DNA of 64,000 nt from Octopus sinensis (GCF_006345805.1 NW_021833057.1:1-64000); one strand, 5' to 3'. Counted from the stretch's first letter, positions 40,569 to 55,075 are shown. The notes: generated from the letters alone by a model not told the origin. Program-made: numbers and translations.

Positions 40569-41369
40569 TATTATTATCATTATCTTTTGTGATATGAAAT
40601 AACTTGTGTTCTATTATGGAACCGCTTAAAATACTTTGATAATTCCCATGGGAATAACAAACGCCAGAATATACAATTTACATTTTCTAGAAAGAAGACG
40701 CTACGTCTAATTAATGAAATTTTATATTTACTTAATGTTATTAATAATAGCATTTATATTAATAACAATAATACCAATAATTAACAACAACAACGGCAAT
40801 AATAATAATAGTAATAATAATAATAATATCATTAATAATAATAATTAATAATTTTAATTTCCAAAATAATAATAATGATTTCTTTTTTGCAAGAAGGGCG
40901 ACGGCTAGGTGTGGATACTACATCGAGGAAATGAAATGAAATATAGTAATAGTTACAATATGTGTTCTAATAAGGGAGAGCAGCCACCTTGGGACAATCC
41001 TACCCTACAGATCCAGGATTACGCTGGTTTTCAATCGGGGCGCATGCGCTCTTCCACTCGCTGTGTTTGGCCCGCAGCCGCACGTTCACTGTTGTCACAA
41101 TCAATCAAGCCATGCTTGCCATTCTCAACTACCTGTTAACACATTTACTAGAGGGCAGTACTTCTTTCCATCCTCATGTTCTTATTAGTACTTGAAAAAA
41201 TTGGTAAGGAATTGGTGAGAGATGAAAAGTATTGTATTGAGACCCCTAAAACTTCTCCATTACACTATTCCCTATTCTCTTTTACCACGGCCGCCAGAGG
41301 GAATTCGATCTTCTGGTTGGACTTGCCTTGTAGTTTTTAATAATAATGATAATAATAATAATAATAATA

Positions 41370-41424
<55 letters not shown>

Positions 41425-42289
41425 TCAATTAAATTGAGAATTATGTTTGGTAATTCTCAATTTAATTTTGTGAAAAATATTGTAATTTCTGAAATAAGTG
41501 TATCAGTTATTTATTTAATATTTATTTATATATTTATTTAACTATTTCTTTGTATATTTATTTATTTTTGCTATATTCTGCAATTTCTAAGAATAAATTA
41601 ACTAAATAAATATAAAAATGTAAAAGAATTCTTTGGAAATAAATTCGAAATCACACCTTTTCAGTATTACCCCGCTCCAGAACCTAAACCTTTAAAATCA
41701 ATGCCAATCTGTTTTGCTTTTGGTACTTGTTAATTTTTATAATTTATTATAAACCTAGACAAGGAGACTAACCCTTCTTGTGAAAACGTTTGTGATTCTT
41801 TGATTATTTGGTACTCCAGGTTTCTCTCGTTAGTAAAATCAGCTTGATTGCGCTTTGGGCAAACATGGGCTAATAAACAAAAATTTCTTGTATTTGTTGA
41901 GTTAATTTTAAATGATATATGGAAAGAAAATACGAGAAAAAGAGAGTGAAAGAAAATCTGTAAGAAATATAATAAAAATGTTAAAAAAATAAATAAAAAT
42001 TGTATATTTTGGAAAGTTGTAGATCGTTATTTTTAAAATCGTTCTTATTTTCACCTCCATATTTTTAAAAATCATATTCACGACAGAATCCATATCTCAT
42101 GTTTTTTCATCTTCATATTTGAATCGGTAGAGCACAAGACAAAATGCCGTGCATTATGTATTGTAGTTGCGTCACTTTCGTTCTAAGTTGAAGTCCTTGA
42201 CAAGTCGATTTAGTCATTAGTCAAGTATTGTCGTTAATTCTCTCATCTATACACTTCCAAACATGCAGTTATTATTATTATTATTATTA

Positions 42290-42860
42290 TGAGAGAGAGC
42301 AGTGCATACCATCAAAGTGACACTGGGGTAAAATATACGAAGCCCAGTATACCCATCATGACTACCCGTCTGATAAGGGTGCACCAGGCACATGCATCAC
42401 AACCATATGTGCGCGACGTGGTGATCTCATATCAAGACAAACAGTACATCACCTTGCAGGTGGGGCCCAGTTAGAATTTTCTTCAGATCAAGTAGCCCAT
42501 CCCGCTCAAAAGGTCCCTGAATAAGGCTTCTTTAAGGATGTTGAAAGAAACACTTGTTTCCAAAGGTGAATTATCCAAACCCCAAAGAATTCCTCTCGAC
42601 ACATGGCTATGATGCACCCCAACTACTTCTGCTCATGATCAGAGATGCACATATCGTCACTCACTAAGGGACATGCTCAACTGGTTAAGGTCAAACAACT
42701 GACAAGCAAATCTGTGGCATTGAGCAGAATATTTGCTGTCGCCCATCTTTTATACCAAGACAAAACAATGTACATGATAACACTTCCAATCAGTTAAAAT
42801 CAGAAGCCACGTGAGTCACTGCCTTGTACTGCATCAGGGCAAATTATGGTACCGCACGAG
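42290..42860 (-). mobile_element. ~570-bp non-coding element embedded in (TAA)n
   Basis: Complex sequence with no long ORF, (TTA)n directly on both sides, and AGGGCAAATTA duplicated at the right end. Confidence 0.5.
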
Positions 42861-43864
42861 GGCAAATTATTATTATTATTATCATCATCATCATCATCAT
42901 CATCATCATAACTAACACTGGACACAGTCTCACGTATTTGCTAATAACTAAAACAAACATAACCACATGAATTCGTTATATAATTTCTGTATATATGCTT
43001 ATATATAAAAGAAAATTCCCAATAATGACGCAATGTAATAAGTGTGTACGATAAGCTTTCGGGTTGGCTTACCACTAAAACCTCGACTTGAACTGCAACT
43101 AAAACATAGGTGTGTTGTAATGTCCTAGCAAAAATGACTATTAGTGGTTCATCATTGAGCAGGTAGATATATATTAGGGAGAAAGGATGAACAAGCAAAA
43201 CATATGGCATCACCTTAAAGCATGTAATTATAATTCGAACATAATTGCAGAATAGAATAAATAAACGATTAAGAATTAATGCATTAAATCTCTTACAGCT
43301 GTTTCTTGAATAGTTGTGCATATGGGGGATTGAACAGTGAGAAAATATTTCCATATAAGCCAACTACTACGTCTTTCAAAACGAAGAGACTTTATGCATT
43401 ATTTCTTAATCCCTTGTTTACTCTATCCACCCTGCAATCATGTTTGAATTATAAATTAAACGCCCAAAAGTGTTGCCACATGTTTTACAAGCTCATATTT
43501 TCTTTCTTTCTAATATATGTTCTTATATATTTATTTCCAGACTTGCTCCAGGATATCCCCCTCAAAATGTTTATGCTGTAATTCTGTAATTTAAAAAAAT
43601 GCAAAAATAGTACCATTGGTTAAACGAAAATGATCGATGCTTATAGGGATTGATAACTGTACGGACAACTTGATAATGATTAGAGAACGAAATAGGTAGA
43701 CGTATAGTTATGATAGTTGCATTTTTTTTTAAAGAAAATTTTTTCTCGTGTGCAAATTCTGCTACATATAGCGTTGCAAGTTACAAGAGTTGCAGTAATA
43801 TTTCTATTCCTGTGTCTGCAGAAATTAATTTTGGAAAATGGATTTAAATATATGTTATTTATAG

Positions 43865-43888
43865 GTAGAAAGCGACAGATATACATGG
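43865..43888 (+). CDS. Candidate 24-nt micro-exon ((G)RKRQIYM)
   Basis: TTATTTATAG acceptor and GG|GTGAGT donor. Phase 1-1, compatible with 45978-46012. Confidence 0.3.
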
Positions 43889-44144
43889 GTGAGTAAACGT
43901 GATGATATAATGTTCGTGCTTTTGTTACAGTATTACTTTGGAAATTGTTACAAACTGGTATCGAAGTTTTGTAGTTTAGTATCCCTGCTAGTGAACGGCA
44001 AGGGGAAATAACTTTGATCGTGTATATGCAGACAGTCAATAAAAATCATACATATTTAAAATATGCATACATTTATTCATACATATACACATAAATATAT
44101 GTATGTATATATAAATGTGGGCGTATACATGTGTAAGTACATAA

Positions 44145-44180
<36 letters not shown>

Positions 44181-44243
44181 TTGTGTGTGTGTAAATATAT
44201 GTTCATATATGTGAGTGTTTCTATGTATATATGTATATATGTA

Positions 44244-44278
<35 letters not shown>

Positions 44279-44367
44279 GTATATGTATATATATATTATA
44301 TAATATATATATATTATATATATATATCTATATATATATATATATATAATATATATATAATAATTAT

Positions 44368-44423
<56 letters not shown>

Positions 44424-44587
44424 GAGAGAGAGAGAGAGAGAGAGATCAGCAAAATCCAATAACATTTGAAAATCAATTTAGGTTGTTCCTTGTCTTGTCA
44501 GTCTACGGAGAAATAGCTTAATCACCTCTGTATATAATCTACTACAGAACTTATAAATATATATTTATAAATACATATGTCTGTGTG

Positions 44588-44618
<31 letters not shown>

Positions 44619-44621
44619 TAC

Positions 44622-44717
44622 ATCAAGGGCTATTACTATAAGTATCGCCACACGCTTTAAGGGGACTCTAAATTCCCCTTACAGCGTGTGGCGTTACTTA
44701 TAGTAATAGCCATTGAT
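44622..44717. repeat. ~96-nt hairpin (~44-bp arms, 8-nt loop)
   Basis: ATCAAGGGCTATTACTATAAGTATCGCCACACGCTTTAAGGGGA pairs with TCCCCTTACAGCGTGTGGCGTTACTTATAGTAATAGCCATTGAT with few mismatches. Confidence 0.85.
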
Positions 44718-45407
44718 ATAAAAATGTATTTCATGTATAAAGAAAAAAATTATATACTTTGTATTAATTTTTTCCTTAATAGTCTTACACGCTGAATACT
44801 TCATAAAATCTTATATATATATATATATATATATATATCCATGCACTATATACATACATTATAAGCGGTTCCATATTCTTCTATTGCATTTAAAATCTAA
44901 TGGACACGAAAAAGCATGGTATTATAATGATTTTTATAAGATTTCAGAAAACAAATGTGACCGGTGCATGGTCACTCGAACAAGTTCTTAGTTTAGGTTA
45001 CCAAATGTCCTGCAGCAGAATTCTCTCTCGACATCTATCGACGTATATGGAATGGTCAGGAGTTTTGTAACAATAAAAAATATTCAGTATTACTGTTTTC
45101 AATTTTTGTTGCGAATATTTCGCTTTTCCTTTTGAAGTTGCACAAAAATCTCAACTCGTTTGTCTAATAATATTTTTGATATTTCAGCGTTATCAGCTTT
45201 AACAGCAACCTCTAGCTTTTCAACGTCGGAGCTGTATATGCAGTTAACCGTTTGTTAAATATCTTCTTTCTTCACAAGAAATAGATTTAAAAGGTACACC
45301 AAAAGGGTGAATCAAAACTTTTACTTTGCAGAAGAAATTAACGTAAACATTCCCAATAACTCTACCAAGCATTTGTCACCTTTTTTCTTCTATTTTCGAA
45401 AAAAATG

Positions 45408-45858
45408 CGCAGGAGTGGCTGTGTGGTAAGTAGCTTGCTTACCAACCACATGGTTCCGGGTTCAGACCCACTGCGTGGCACCTTGGGCAAGGGTCTTCTA
45501 CTATAGCCTCGGGCCGACCGAAGCTTTGTCAATGGATTTGGTAGACGGAAACTGAAAGAAGCCCGTCGTGTATATATATATATATATATATATGTGTGTG
45601 GTGTGTGTGTGTGTGTGGTGTGTGTGTGTGTGTGTGTCTGTCTGTCTGTCTGTCTGTTTGTCTATCTGTGTTTGTCCCCCAACAGCGCTTGTCAACCGAT
45701 GGTGGTGTGTTTGTGTTCCCGTAACTTAGCAGTTCAGCAAAAGAGACCGACAGAATACGTACTAGGCTTACAAACAATAAGTCCTGGGGTCGATTTGCTC
45801 GACTAAAGGCGGTGCTCCAGCATGGCCACAGTCAAATGACTGAAACAAGTAAAAGAGT
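45408..45858 (+). mobile_element. Full-length CCTTGGGCAAG-type SINE
   Basis: Homologous to 7469-7890, with internal (TA)n(TG)n(TGTC)n. Confidence 0.9.
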
Positions 45859-45977
45859 TCCACTAAAGAGCTACTCAATAGTAGGCTGACATCTAATTAG
45901 TATAATAACTGCTTCTTTAAGTTGAGATACATTATCTTCCAGGCGAATCCCACAGTTAATTTGGTTTTTCAATACAG

Positions 45978-46012
45978 GCATTAAGTATGATACAGAGATG
46001 GCTATTATAAAG
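45978..46012 (+). CDS. Candidate 35-nt exon ((G)IKYDTEMAIIK)
   Basis: TTGGTTTTTCAATACAG acceptor and AAG|GTGAGT donor. Only the phase-1 frame is open. Confidence 0.33.
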
Positions 46013-46648
46013 GTGAGTTTAACTTGATGGAATTTACAGTAAAGAATGCATTCTCATCAAAATCAAAGTTTATTCTCGATTGTTAAATATTCTCCCCATC
46101 TGTTATCCGTTCCAGCGATGCAATTATATCCCAAACTATCACAAATATTTACTTTTCAACATGAATATTATCCATACTTTCCTATTGCTGTCAATGATAA
46201 ATTTCTTTAGGTAATACTCGCATCGAAAACTCTTTGTTTCGATTTTTATAAACCGCATTAGAATTAAAAATAGAACACCGTTTCGTCTAAGACAAAAATC
46301 TTTAACTAGTTGCTAACATTTTCCATGATGTTCTTAAACATATATGTATAAATTATTGAATTTTGAAGAGAGTTTTCGAAAGAATCTTGTATTTTCCTTG
46401 CGCAGGCAGGGCTTCTATGTGAGCAAGTCGCTTTGCAACAGCATGGTCTCTGATTCTGTCCCACTGTGTGGCACCTTGGCCAACTGACTTCAATTATAGC
46501 CACAAGACGACCAATACCTTCTGTCTGAATTTGGTAGACGTAAACTATGTGAAAGCATGTGTGTGTGTGTGTGAAAGAGAGAGAGAGAGCGAGAGAGAGA
46601 GGGAGACCGTGTATGCGCGTGTGCATATATATATGCATACATATTATT

Positions 46649-46682
<34 letters not shown>

Positions 46683-46739
46683 TATGTACGTTTGTATATA
46701 TGGATATATGTATGATACACACACACACACACACACACA

Positions 46740-46787
<48 letters not shown>

Positions 46788-46788
<1 letters not shown>

Positions 46789-47161
46789 TAGCAGTATCGC
46801 CCGGCGTTGCTCAGGTTTGTAAGGGAAATAACTATAAAGCATTTTTAGAGAGTTATAGCCAAAAAATAGCAAAAAAATGGAAAAAAATGATGGTAAATTT
46901 TTTTTAGTTAAAAAAGGTGGAGTTGCGTCCCCTAGACAGTTTGTGTTTCTGATTCTGGACCCCATGTCGAATTTATCGATTTTTTTCAGAACTGGGGGAA
47001 CTTTTCAAAATGTTCGCTGCGTTAGTTTTGAATTATGACATTGGGCTATGTGTGTGTCAAGTTTCATCAGAATCGGTTGAAAGCCGTGGTCAGGGTGAAG
47101 GTACAAGCAAACAGACACACAGAAACACGCACAGACAAACTGCCGTTTATATAGAGAGAGA
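46788..47161 (-). mobile_element. Non-autonomous Helitron (Lep1-like architecture)
   Basis: On the minus strand it starts TC after A and ends CTAG before T, with a subterminal hairpin CCTGAGCAACGCCGGG and an internal (ACAG/ACAC) microsatellite. Confidence 0.8.
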
Positions 47162-47169
47162 TATATAAT

Positions 47170-47892
<723 letters not shown>

Positions 47893-48190
47893 TGTGTATA
47901 TACAGACATACATACACTTGAGCACTGGGGTCGATGTAATCGACTTACGCTCCTCTGAAATTTCCGGCCTTGTGCCAAAATTTGAAACTAATATGTAAGA
48001 AACTGTTATAGTCCAAAAAAGTATAAAAATTGAATAAAGTGTATGATGTTCGGAGCATGAGGTGTACAATTTGTCGTAATGCAAGTAAGGCAGATTCAGG
48101 AAAAAGTGTGAGGTTAAGACTAGAGAATTAAACAGTATGATGAAGAATACCTCCTGAGATGAATAAAAATGGATGAAACAAAAATAAGCT

Positions 48191-48292
48191 CAATACGAAG
48201 AGATACGAAGAGATACGAAGAGGTACGAAGAGATACGAAGAGATACGAAGAGGTACGAAGAGATACGAAGAGATACGAAGAGATACGAAGAG
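48191..48292. repeat. 10-bp minisatellite (AGATACGAAG)x10
   Basis: Direct count. The AGGTACGAAG variant occurs at 48221 and 48251. Confidence 0.95.
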
Positions 48293-48720
48293 AAACAAAT
48301 ATGTTGTGATGAGTTTACAGCCATATTGTACAGGTATTTTAATGTTAAAATAATCTGAAGAAAATTAACAGTTCTGAAATATTTGGGGATTTATCGAGAA
48401 GTTAAAAATATTTTAAGACAGTCCAGGTTAGTTGGATCCCCAGAAACACATACATACGTGCATGCATACATGCATATATACATATATACAATACATACAT
48501 TTATACATACATGCATTGTATTTGTGTATGTATGTGAATATATCCCCTTCTTTTTGTATGTACCTGATGTGACACAAACTGCACAGATTGATGCGACACA
48601 ATTAGGAGCACAAATTCCTACCAATAACGGACAGTTGAAGGTTTTTGTCGAAACGATCGTAGTACTCAATAAAGACTAGAGTCAAATCTATCTTCCGTTT
48701 CCTTCAGCAATTATTATCAC

Positions 48721-48790
<70 letters not shown>

Positions 48791-49140
48791 CAGTTTAAAT
48801 CTGTTCCACATGACTTGAAGTGACACATAGGGCACGACCTTTTTATTAGGTGCTAGAACCCTGAGGGATAAGTTTAAGTCGTGAGGGTACCAAATGTATT
48901 GAGTGCTACTTTCATCTTTCATTTGCGCACTCCTTCGCATCTGCGTACACGTACGTATATGTATAGTATCTATACGTGCGCCGTTCAAACTAAGGAAATA
49001 TAAGCAGGGAAGAGGAAGCAACTCTTTATATATTAGCTACAGTGAAAAGTGTTTAGTATAATGCCAGTGAAATCTGCATTATATAAGCTTGTACAACCGT
49101 GTTATCCATTCTTACCTCCCTTATCTCTCTTCCTATTCGA

Positions 49141-49202
<62 letters not shown>

Positions 49203-50384
49203 TATATATATATATATATAGATATATAATATATATATATATATAATATATATACAAACATACATACACACATACATACATATGTTTGTGTGTATTATGC
49301 ATTAAGAGACTCTGAAGCAATTCATGGGAGAAGTAACCGAAATATATAAAGTGATGCAAATGAATAAAGCAGTCGAGATACTTTATCGACCTATACGGGT
49401 TGTTTCTACAATAGCAAATAGAAAATAGTCCAAGAAGTCAGAGAAAAGTCTTATTATGGGCTTGCCACACTGATGGACTGTGACAACACACTAGACTGGC
49501 CTGCTGATGAGAAGAGGGAGACGTCCTCGAAATATAAGGCAAGCATTATGCAACGTGTGCAGTTACATTTCATTTTACGCGTAACTTTTCACATACACTG
49601 CTTAAAGCTCTTCGTAAAAAGTATATATCATTTACATTAGGGTTATTTAAGAGGCTTGATACAACAGATTTACAAGTTTTGTACATATCTTCATAACTAT
49701 AACGTCAATTTACGTTGAAATATGATACACAAAAAACAATTGGTTTCTAAGCCACTGCAACCTCAACAGCTATGCAAAGTACTATGAGAGTTATGTCCCT
49801 TGTCTGCCTGTGCATGGGACATAACTCGTGATTACTCCACTTTCTTAACTACATAGGTACGACTACAAATTTATGTTTGTAAACGCACACATGTAAGTTT
49901 ATGTGCGTAACTGCACATAAAAAAAAATGAAGGCGACACGGATAATCTATATATTCAGTTCAATAAATATCTGACATACATCTTAGTAAAACCAAACGAT
50001 CAAAGGCAGCAGTTGTTCTATCGTAATATAAATTCAGACCTACAGAGACAAATCCAAACCGTGTTCACAAATAATGTACGCAGCAACTAACAAACACTAT
50101 TATAAACGCATAATATAAAAAATATAAACCGGTGGAGGAAAACAAATTTAAAACTTCAAAGGGAAATAACTCTTAGATCCTACTTCAGACAGATTTGAAT
50201 TCTGTTGGATATTAAATGTATAAAAAGAAAAAAACCTGAAAAGTAAATGTTTAAATACAAAGTTTTATTGTGTGTGTGTGTGTGTGGGGGGGGTCTTTGT
50301 GCGTGTGTGAAAGTTTACAATATAATATAGACTAATGGTTGAATTTAAAAGACAAATGATATAGATAGATACTCTTTTACTTGT

Positions 50385-50757
50385 TTCAATCATTTGACTG
50401 TGGCCATGTTGGAGCACCGCCTTTAGTCGAACAAATCGACCCCAGGATCTATTCTTTGTGAGCCTAGTACTTATTCTATCTCACTTTTTTGCCAAACCGC
50501 TAAGTTACGGGGATGTAGACACATCAGCATCGGTTGTCAAGACACACAAACATATACATACACACACATATATATACGTATACATATATACGACGGGCTT
50601 CTTTCAGTTTCCGTCTGCCAAATCCACTGACAAGGCTTTGGTCGGTCCGAGGCTATAGTAGAAGACATTTGCCCAAAGTGCCACGCAGTGGGACTGAACC
50701 CGGAACCATGTGGTTCGTAAGCAAGCAAACTACTTACCACACAGCCACTCCTACGCC
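50385..50757 (-). mobile_element. CCTTGGGCAAG-type SINE
   Basis: Reverse complement of the 7469-7890 family. Confidence 0.88.
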
Positions 50758-51536
50758 TAGGTATATAAGAGAGGTTATATATTGGTTTCAAATATATAAC
50801 CTTGACACAAAGCTAGTAATTTCAGGGAAAGCGCTTCATCCACCACAGTGCTTCACTGGTACAAAGCTTGCAAAAAAATTCTATTTAGACATTGTCTAAG
50901 TCGTCCCTGGAGATTCCTGTTAATTTCGTACAACGTTCACTACCCTTTTAAGTGCTATACATACTCGGGTTATATAGTAACGTTGCACATTTCTTGGATT
51001 TTAAAAGACAGCCTGTCATTATTTAAACGGACCTTACATGTGTCTCGTTGTTGCATCAATTACACACCGAGTACTCACTGCTAACCCTATCCTTCCTCTG
51101 CAAGATACTTAGGATCATTCACTAATATGTTTTTGACATTTGGCGCACAGATGAACAAGACCCTTAAGTTATGCCTATTGAAGTAGGCATAGTTAACCTA
51201 CCTGAATTCAAGAAGGGAAATATTCAGTTACTGCCCGTATGATAGGAAATTCGTTTTGGCAAATACGCAGACATAGATGACATCGAAACTGAGTAGATGC
51301 CTCTTTCTTCCATCTCGGAAATTGTTACAACTTTCCGGCTCAATTTTTTCCCCATTGTTGACTAGCACCGAGCGTACAAAAACCTTGAATTCACCTCCAG
51401 CGTAAAAGAACCTGTGCACTTCTGGTCATTATAGGTAAAGGCAATAATTGGCGTGAAAATGTCGGTAACATTCTGATGGGTTATATGCCATAACCAGGAA
51501 TCTATTGTACTTAGATAAATAGACAGACAGACTGAC

Positions 51537-51597
<61 letters not shown>

Positions 51598-52087
51598 CAT
51601 ACATACATACATACATACATACATACATACATACATACATACATACATAAACGTGTATATCTATTTTTAAACGCGCACACACATATTTATAAATGTATAT
51701 GAATATACATACATGTATACATCTGCATAATTGTTAATATACATACAATATACAAGCATATTCTCAAACTCTCTTATTTATGATAATTTTCAACGCTGTC
51801 TTCATGGAATGTCTTGGTACGTTCAAGCGTATAAAACTAAACATTCCAATCATATATCGAGAAATTACTTTGTCTCTTCTAGATAACAAAAAAAAAAAAT
51901 AACAAAAAAACAGAAATAATAATAATAATACTAAAGAGAAAATTCTGGCTGCCATTTCCTGTAATTTACCAGTGCCATCAGTACGGTTCATCGGGTTTTT
52001 TTCTTTTATCTTCACGGTATTCTGTTCATTGGCATTTGCAGCTAGAGCCATTTGGCTCCTGGATACAAGTATTCACATGTACACTCT

Positions 52088-52121
<34 letters not shown>

Positions 52122-52148
52122 CACATACACACACACACACACACCACA

Positions 52149-52180
<32 letters not shown>

Positions 52181-52213
52181 TATGTATATATAGGTATATA
52201 CATGTGTATATAC

Positions 52214-52266
<53 letters not shown>

Positions 52267-52309
52267 ATACATAAATATATATATATATTCTTTTTGTTCT
52301 TTTATTGTT

Positions 52310-52690
52310 TTACTTGTTTCAGTCATTTAACTGTGGCCATACTGAAGCACGGCCTTTTAGTCGAACAAATCGACCCCACGACTTATTCTTTGTAAGCTTG
52401 GTACTTATTCTATCGGTCTCTTTTGTCGAACCGCTAAGCGACGGGCAAATAAACATACCAACCTCGGACGTGAAGCGACGATGGTAAGACAAACACACGC
52501 ATACACACACATAAATATATACATATATATTCGACGAGCTTCTTTCAGTTTCTGTCTCCCAAATCCACCCACAAAGCTTTGGTCGGCCCGAGGCTATAGG
52601 AGAAGACACTTGCCCAAGGTGCCGCGCAGTGGGACTGAACCCAGAACTATGTGGTTGGGATGCCTGCTGCTTATCACAGCCACGTCTGCA
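52310..52690 (-). mobile_element. CCTTGGGCAAG-type SINE
   Basis: Reverse complement of the 7469-7890 family. Confidence 0.85.
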
Positions 52691-52700
52691 CCAATATATA

Positions 52701-53535
52701 TATTGTGTCATCCCATAAATAATGCGTGATTTTTATACTTCTTTTATTTTTCAAAATTAAGAAAAACAAATTTCTTTTTCAATCTAAAATACACTCTCCT
52801 TCATTTTCTACAATGCCCTTCTTTCTCTCTGGTAGACATGCAAGGCCCCTCTTCCAAACTCCACTTGTCCATGACGAAAAATACTCCTCTTGTACTGTTC
52901 TAACCACGTCTACAGAATTCATATTTTTCCGATCAAATGATTTTGAAGACTGCAGAATAAAGTATAATCAGATGGGGGAATATATGGCGAATATGTTGGG
53001 TGTGGCATTGTTTCCCATTCAAAGTGCTCCAGCTTTTGGAATGCCATCCGCGCTGTATGTGGCCGAGCATTATCCTGATGGAAGAACACCATTCATCTTG
53101 AAACCAAAGATGGTCGGTTTTCTGCTAGTACTGACTTAAGCCATTCAAGCTGCTCTCAGTAGATCTTTGTTATTGTTTGGCTTGGACTTAAAAGTTCAAA
53201 GCGGTAAACCTTTCATATCCCACCAAACAGATCACAACACTTCACATGGGTGAAGACCTTCTTTAACTTGGGGTGTCGGTGTTTTTATAGAGAATCCATT
53301 TCTCATCACCAGTGCCTCTTCGGTCCAAAAAAAGATTCATTCTTGAGACGTGACAGCAAAGAAGAGCATACGGTTACTCTCTGCGCGCAATTAGACTTGG
53401 AAAGTTTGTGAGGAACCGATTGATCCAATTTGCTGACTTTTTCGACAGCATGCAGATGTCGATGAATGGTTGATTGACAAATACTAAGCTTCTTTGATAG
53501 TTCCTCAACAGTTACGATGGGATTTTGTTCCACCA
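52701..53535 (-). mobile_element. Degraded mariner (DD34D) transposon with 3' TIR
   Basis: HTH region STIHRHLHAVEKVSKLDQSVPHKL and FHQDNARPH...PHPTYSPYIPPSDY (34-residue spacing). TIR-like TATTGTGTCATCCCATAAATAATGCG. Confidence 0.88.
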
Positions 53536-55075
53536 GGGTTTGCAGGGCTTAGGAGAATCTAACTTCCCTTCCCATAATATCACTTTACCTTTGCACATAT
53601 AGTATTGGTTTGTTTTACTAAATATCTGTTTCATTCAATCGTAATTACAACTGTGCGAAATACAGTAACATATTTAACGCAGTTAATATTAAAACGTTGG
53701 CTAGAAAGAAATATGTTGTGAAAAAAAGAAAACTAAATTAAGAACTAACCTCAATTTCAGTCTCCACTTAGTTTGGCCTATAATTCCTGATTTCTTTCGA
53801 TGTTATTATAGCCTCATCAGCAGATCATAGAACGTTACCGTACTGTATCCACCATCTTAAATTCACTGAGAAATATATTGTTCATTCTCAAGAAATATTC
53901 TCAGTCATTTTTCATGTCTTTCTTTCACTTATTCTTGTAAACCATTGTACATGTATATTGTAATTCTTTTCTTGCCAATCTTGTAAGCAGTGAAAGGGTA
54001 ACTTATGCTGTAGAGGTTTAATGGCTCTAAACCATGATTGGGATCGTCATTTGAAATTACCAAGATCACATGTCACTGAGCAAATACTTCCTCATTGCTG
54101 CAGTATTATGATTGTGTTAACTTCACATTTAAGTTAATGGAGAAGCAGAAACGACAGGAGTCCAGCATTAAATTTTTTACGCCTTTTACGTTCCTCATAG
54201 CCACCATATTGTTTTGTTTATTTTTGCATCTCTCTGGTTTCAATATATAGAATTACAAATATATTTGACTAGATTCGAATGACTATATTTCTCTCTTACC
54301 TAACTGTAGCTATGTGCCAATATAAATAATCATAATGTATATTAATACAAAATATACAAGGAAATATAATGCAGACATCCGAAATATACACGAATTGCTA
54401 GATTACGCTTGAGAATAAAACACACGACCACGACAGACTCTATTTATTTTATTTTGAGTCAAAAATATAAACAATAAACAATAATAGACAAATAAACTCT
54501 AGCTAATCTATTTTAACTACAGCTTACATAAGATCTTAATCTACTGACAGATTAAAATCGCCAAGAAATGTGTTAAAATGCTGGCAAAATTCCTTTGAGA
54601 GTCTTCAATATCTGTGAAGGAACGGCTGTCAGTGGTCTCTTGATTGCTCTACCAGATTTCATTCAATGATGAAAGATATTCTACGCAATAGACTAGATGT
54701 AACATCATTTACTCAGTTATCTTTTCTGTCTGTCTGTCTGTCTCTCTCTCACCTCTTTCACACTCACTCACACACGCTGTCACTCTGTTTCTCTCTCCCC
54801 CTTCTCTCTCTCTCTCTCTCTCACACACACATATACACACACATCTGTATCTGTCTATTTTTATTTGTGTTTTTTAAATATGCATTCACACTTATATGTC
54901 TCTCTCTCTCTCTCTCTCTGCGCATGAGTGCGTGTCTTCATATGTATGTGTGTGCATGTGTGTGTGTGCGTTATGTATATACATTGAGATGTATATGCAC
55001 GCACACACACAAACACATATATATATATTATAGACAGATGACATATGTTTGTCTATCTCACTATCTCTGTACATG

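Noticed and set aside
40974-41054. HDV-like fold from the GGGAGAGC/GCTCTTCC stem
   Set aside because: Lacks the GG for P1.1 and an L3 consensus.
49780-49830. 12-bp inverted repeat GAGTTATGTCCC/GGGACATAACTC
   Set aside because: Probably internal to an unresolved DNA-transposon remnant. Boundaries could not be defined.
51190-51515. Protein-like frames on both strands
   Set aside because: In-frame stops in every reading and no recognisable family.
53790-53825. Hammerhead-like CUGAUGA…GAAA on the minus strand
   Set aside because: Stem II is weak, and stem III and the cleavage triplet are not formed.
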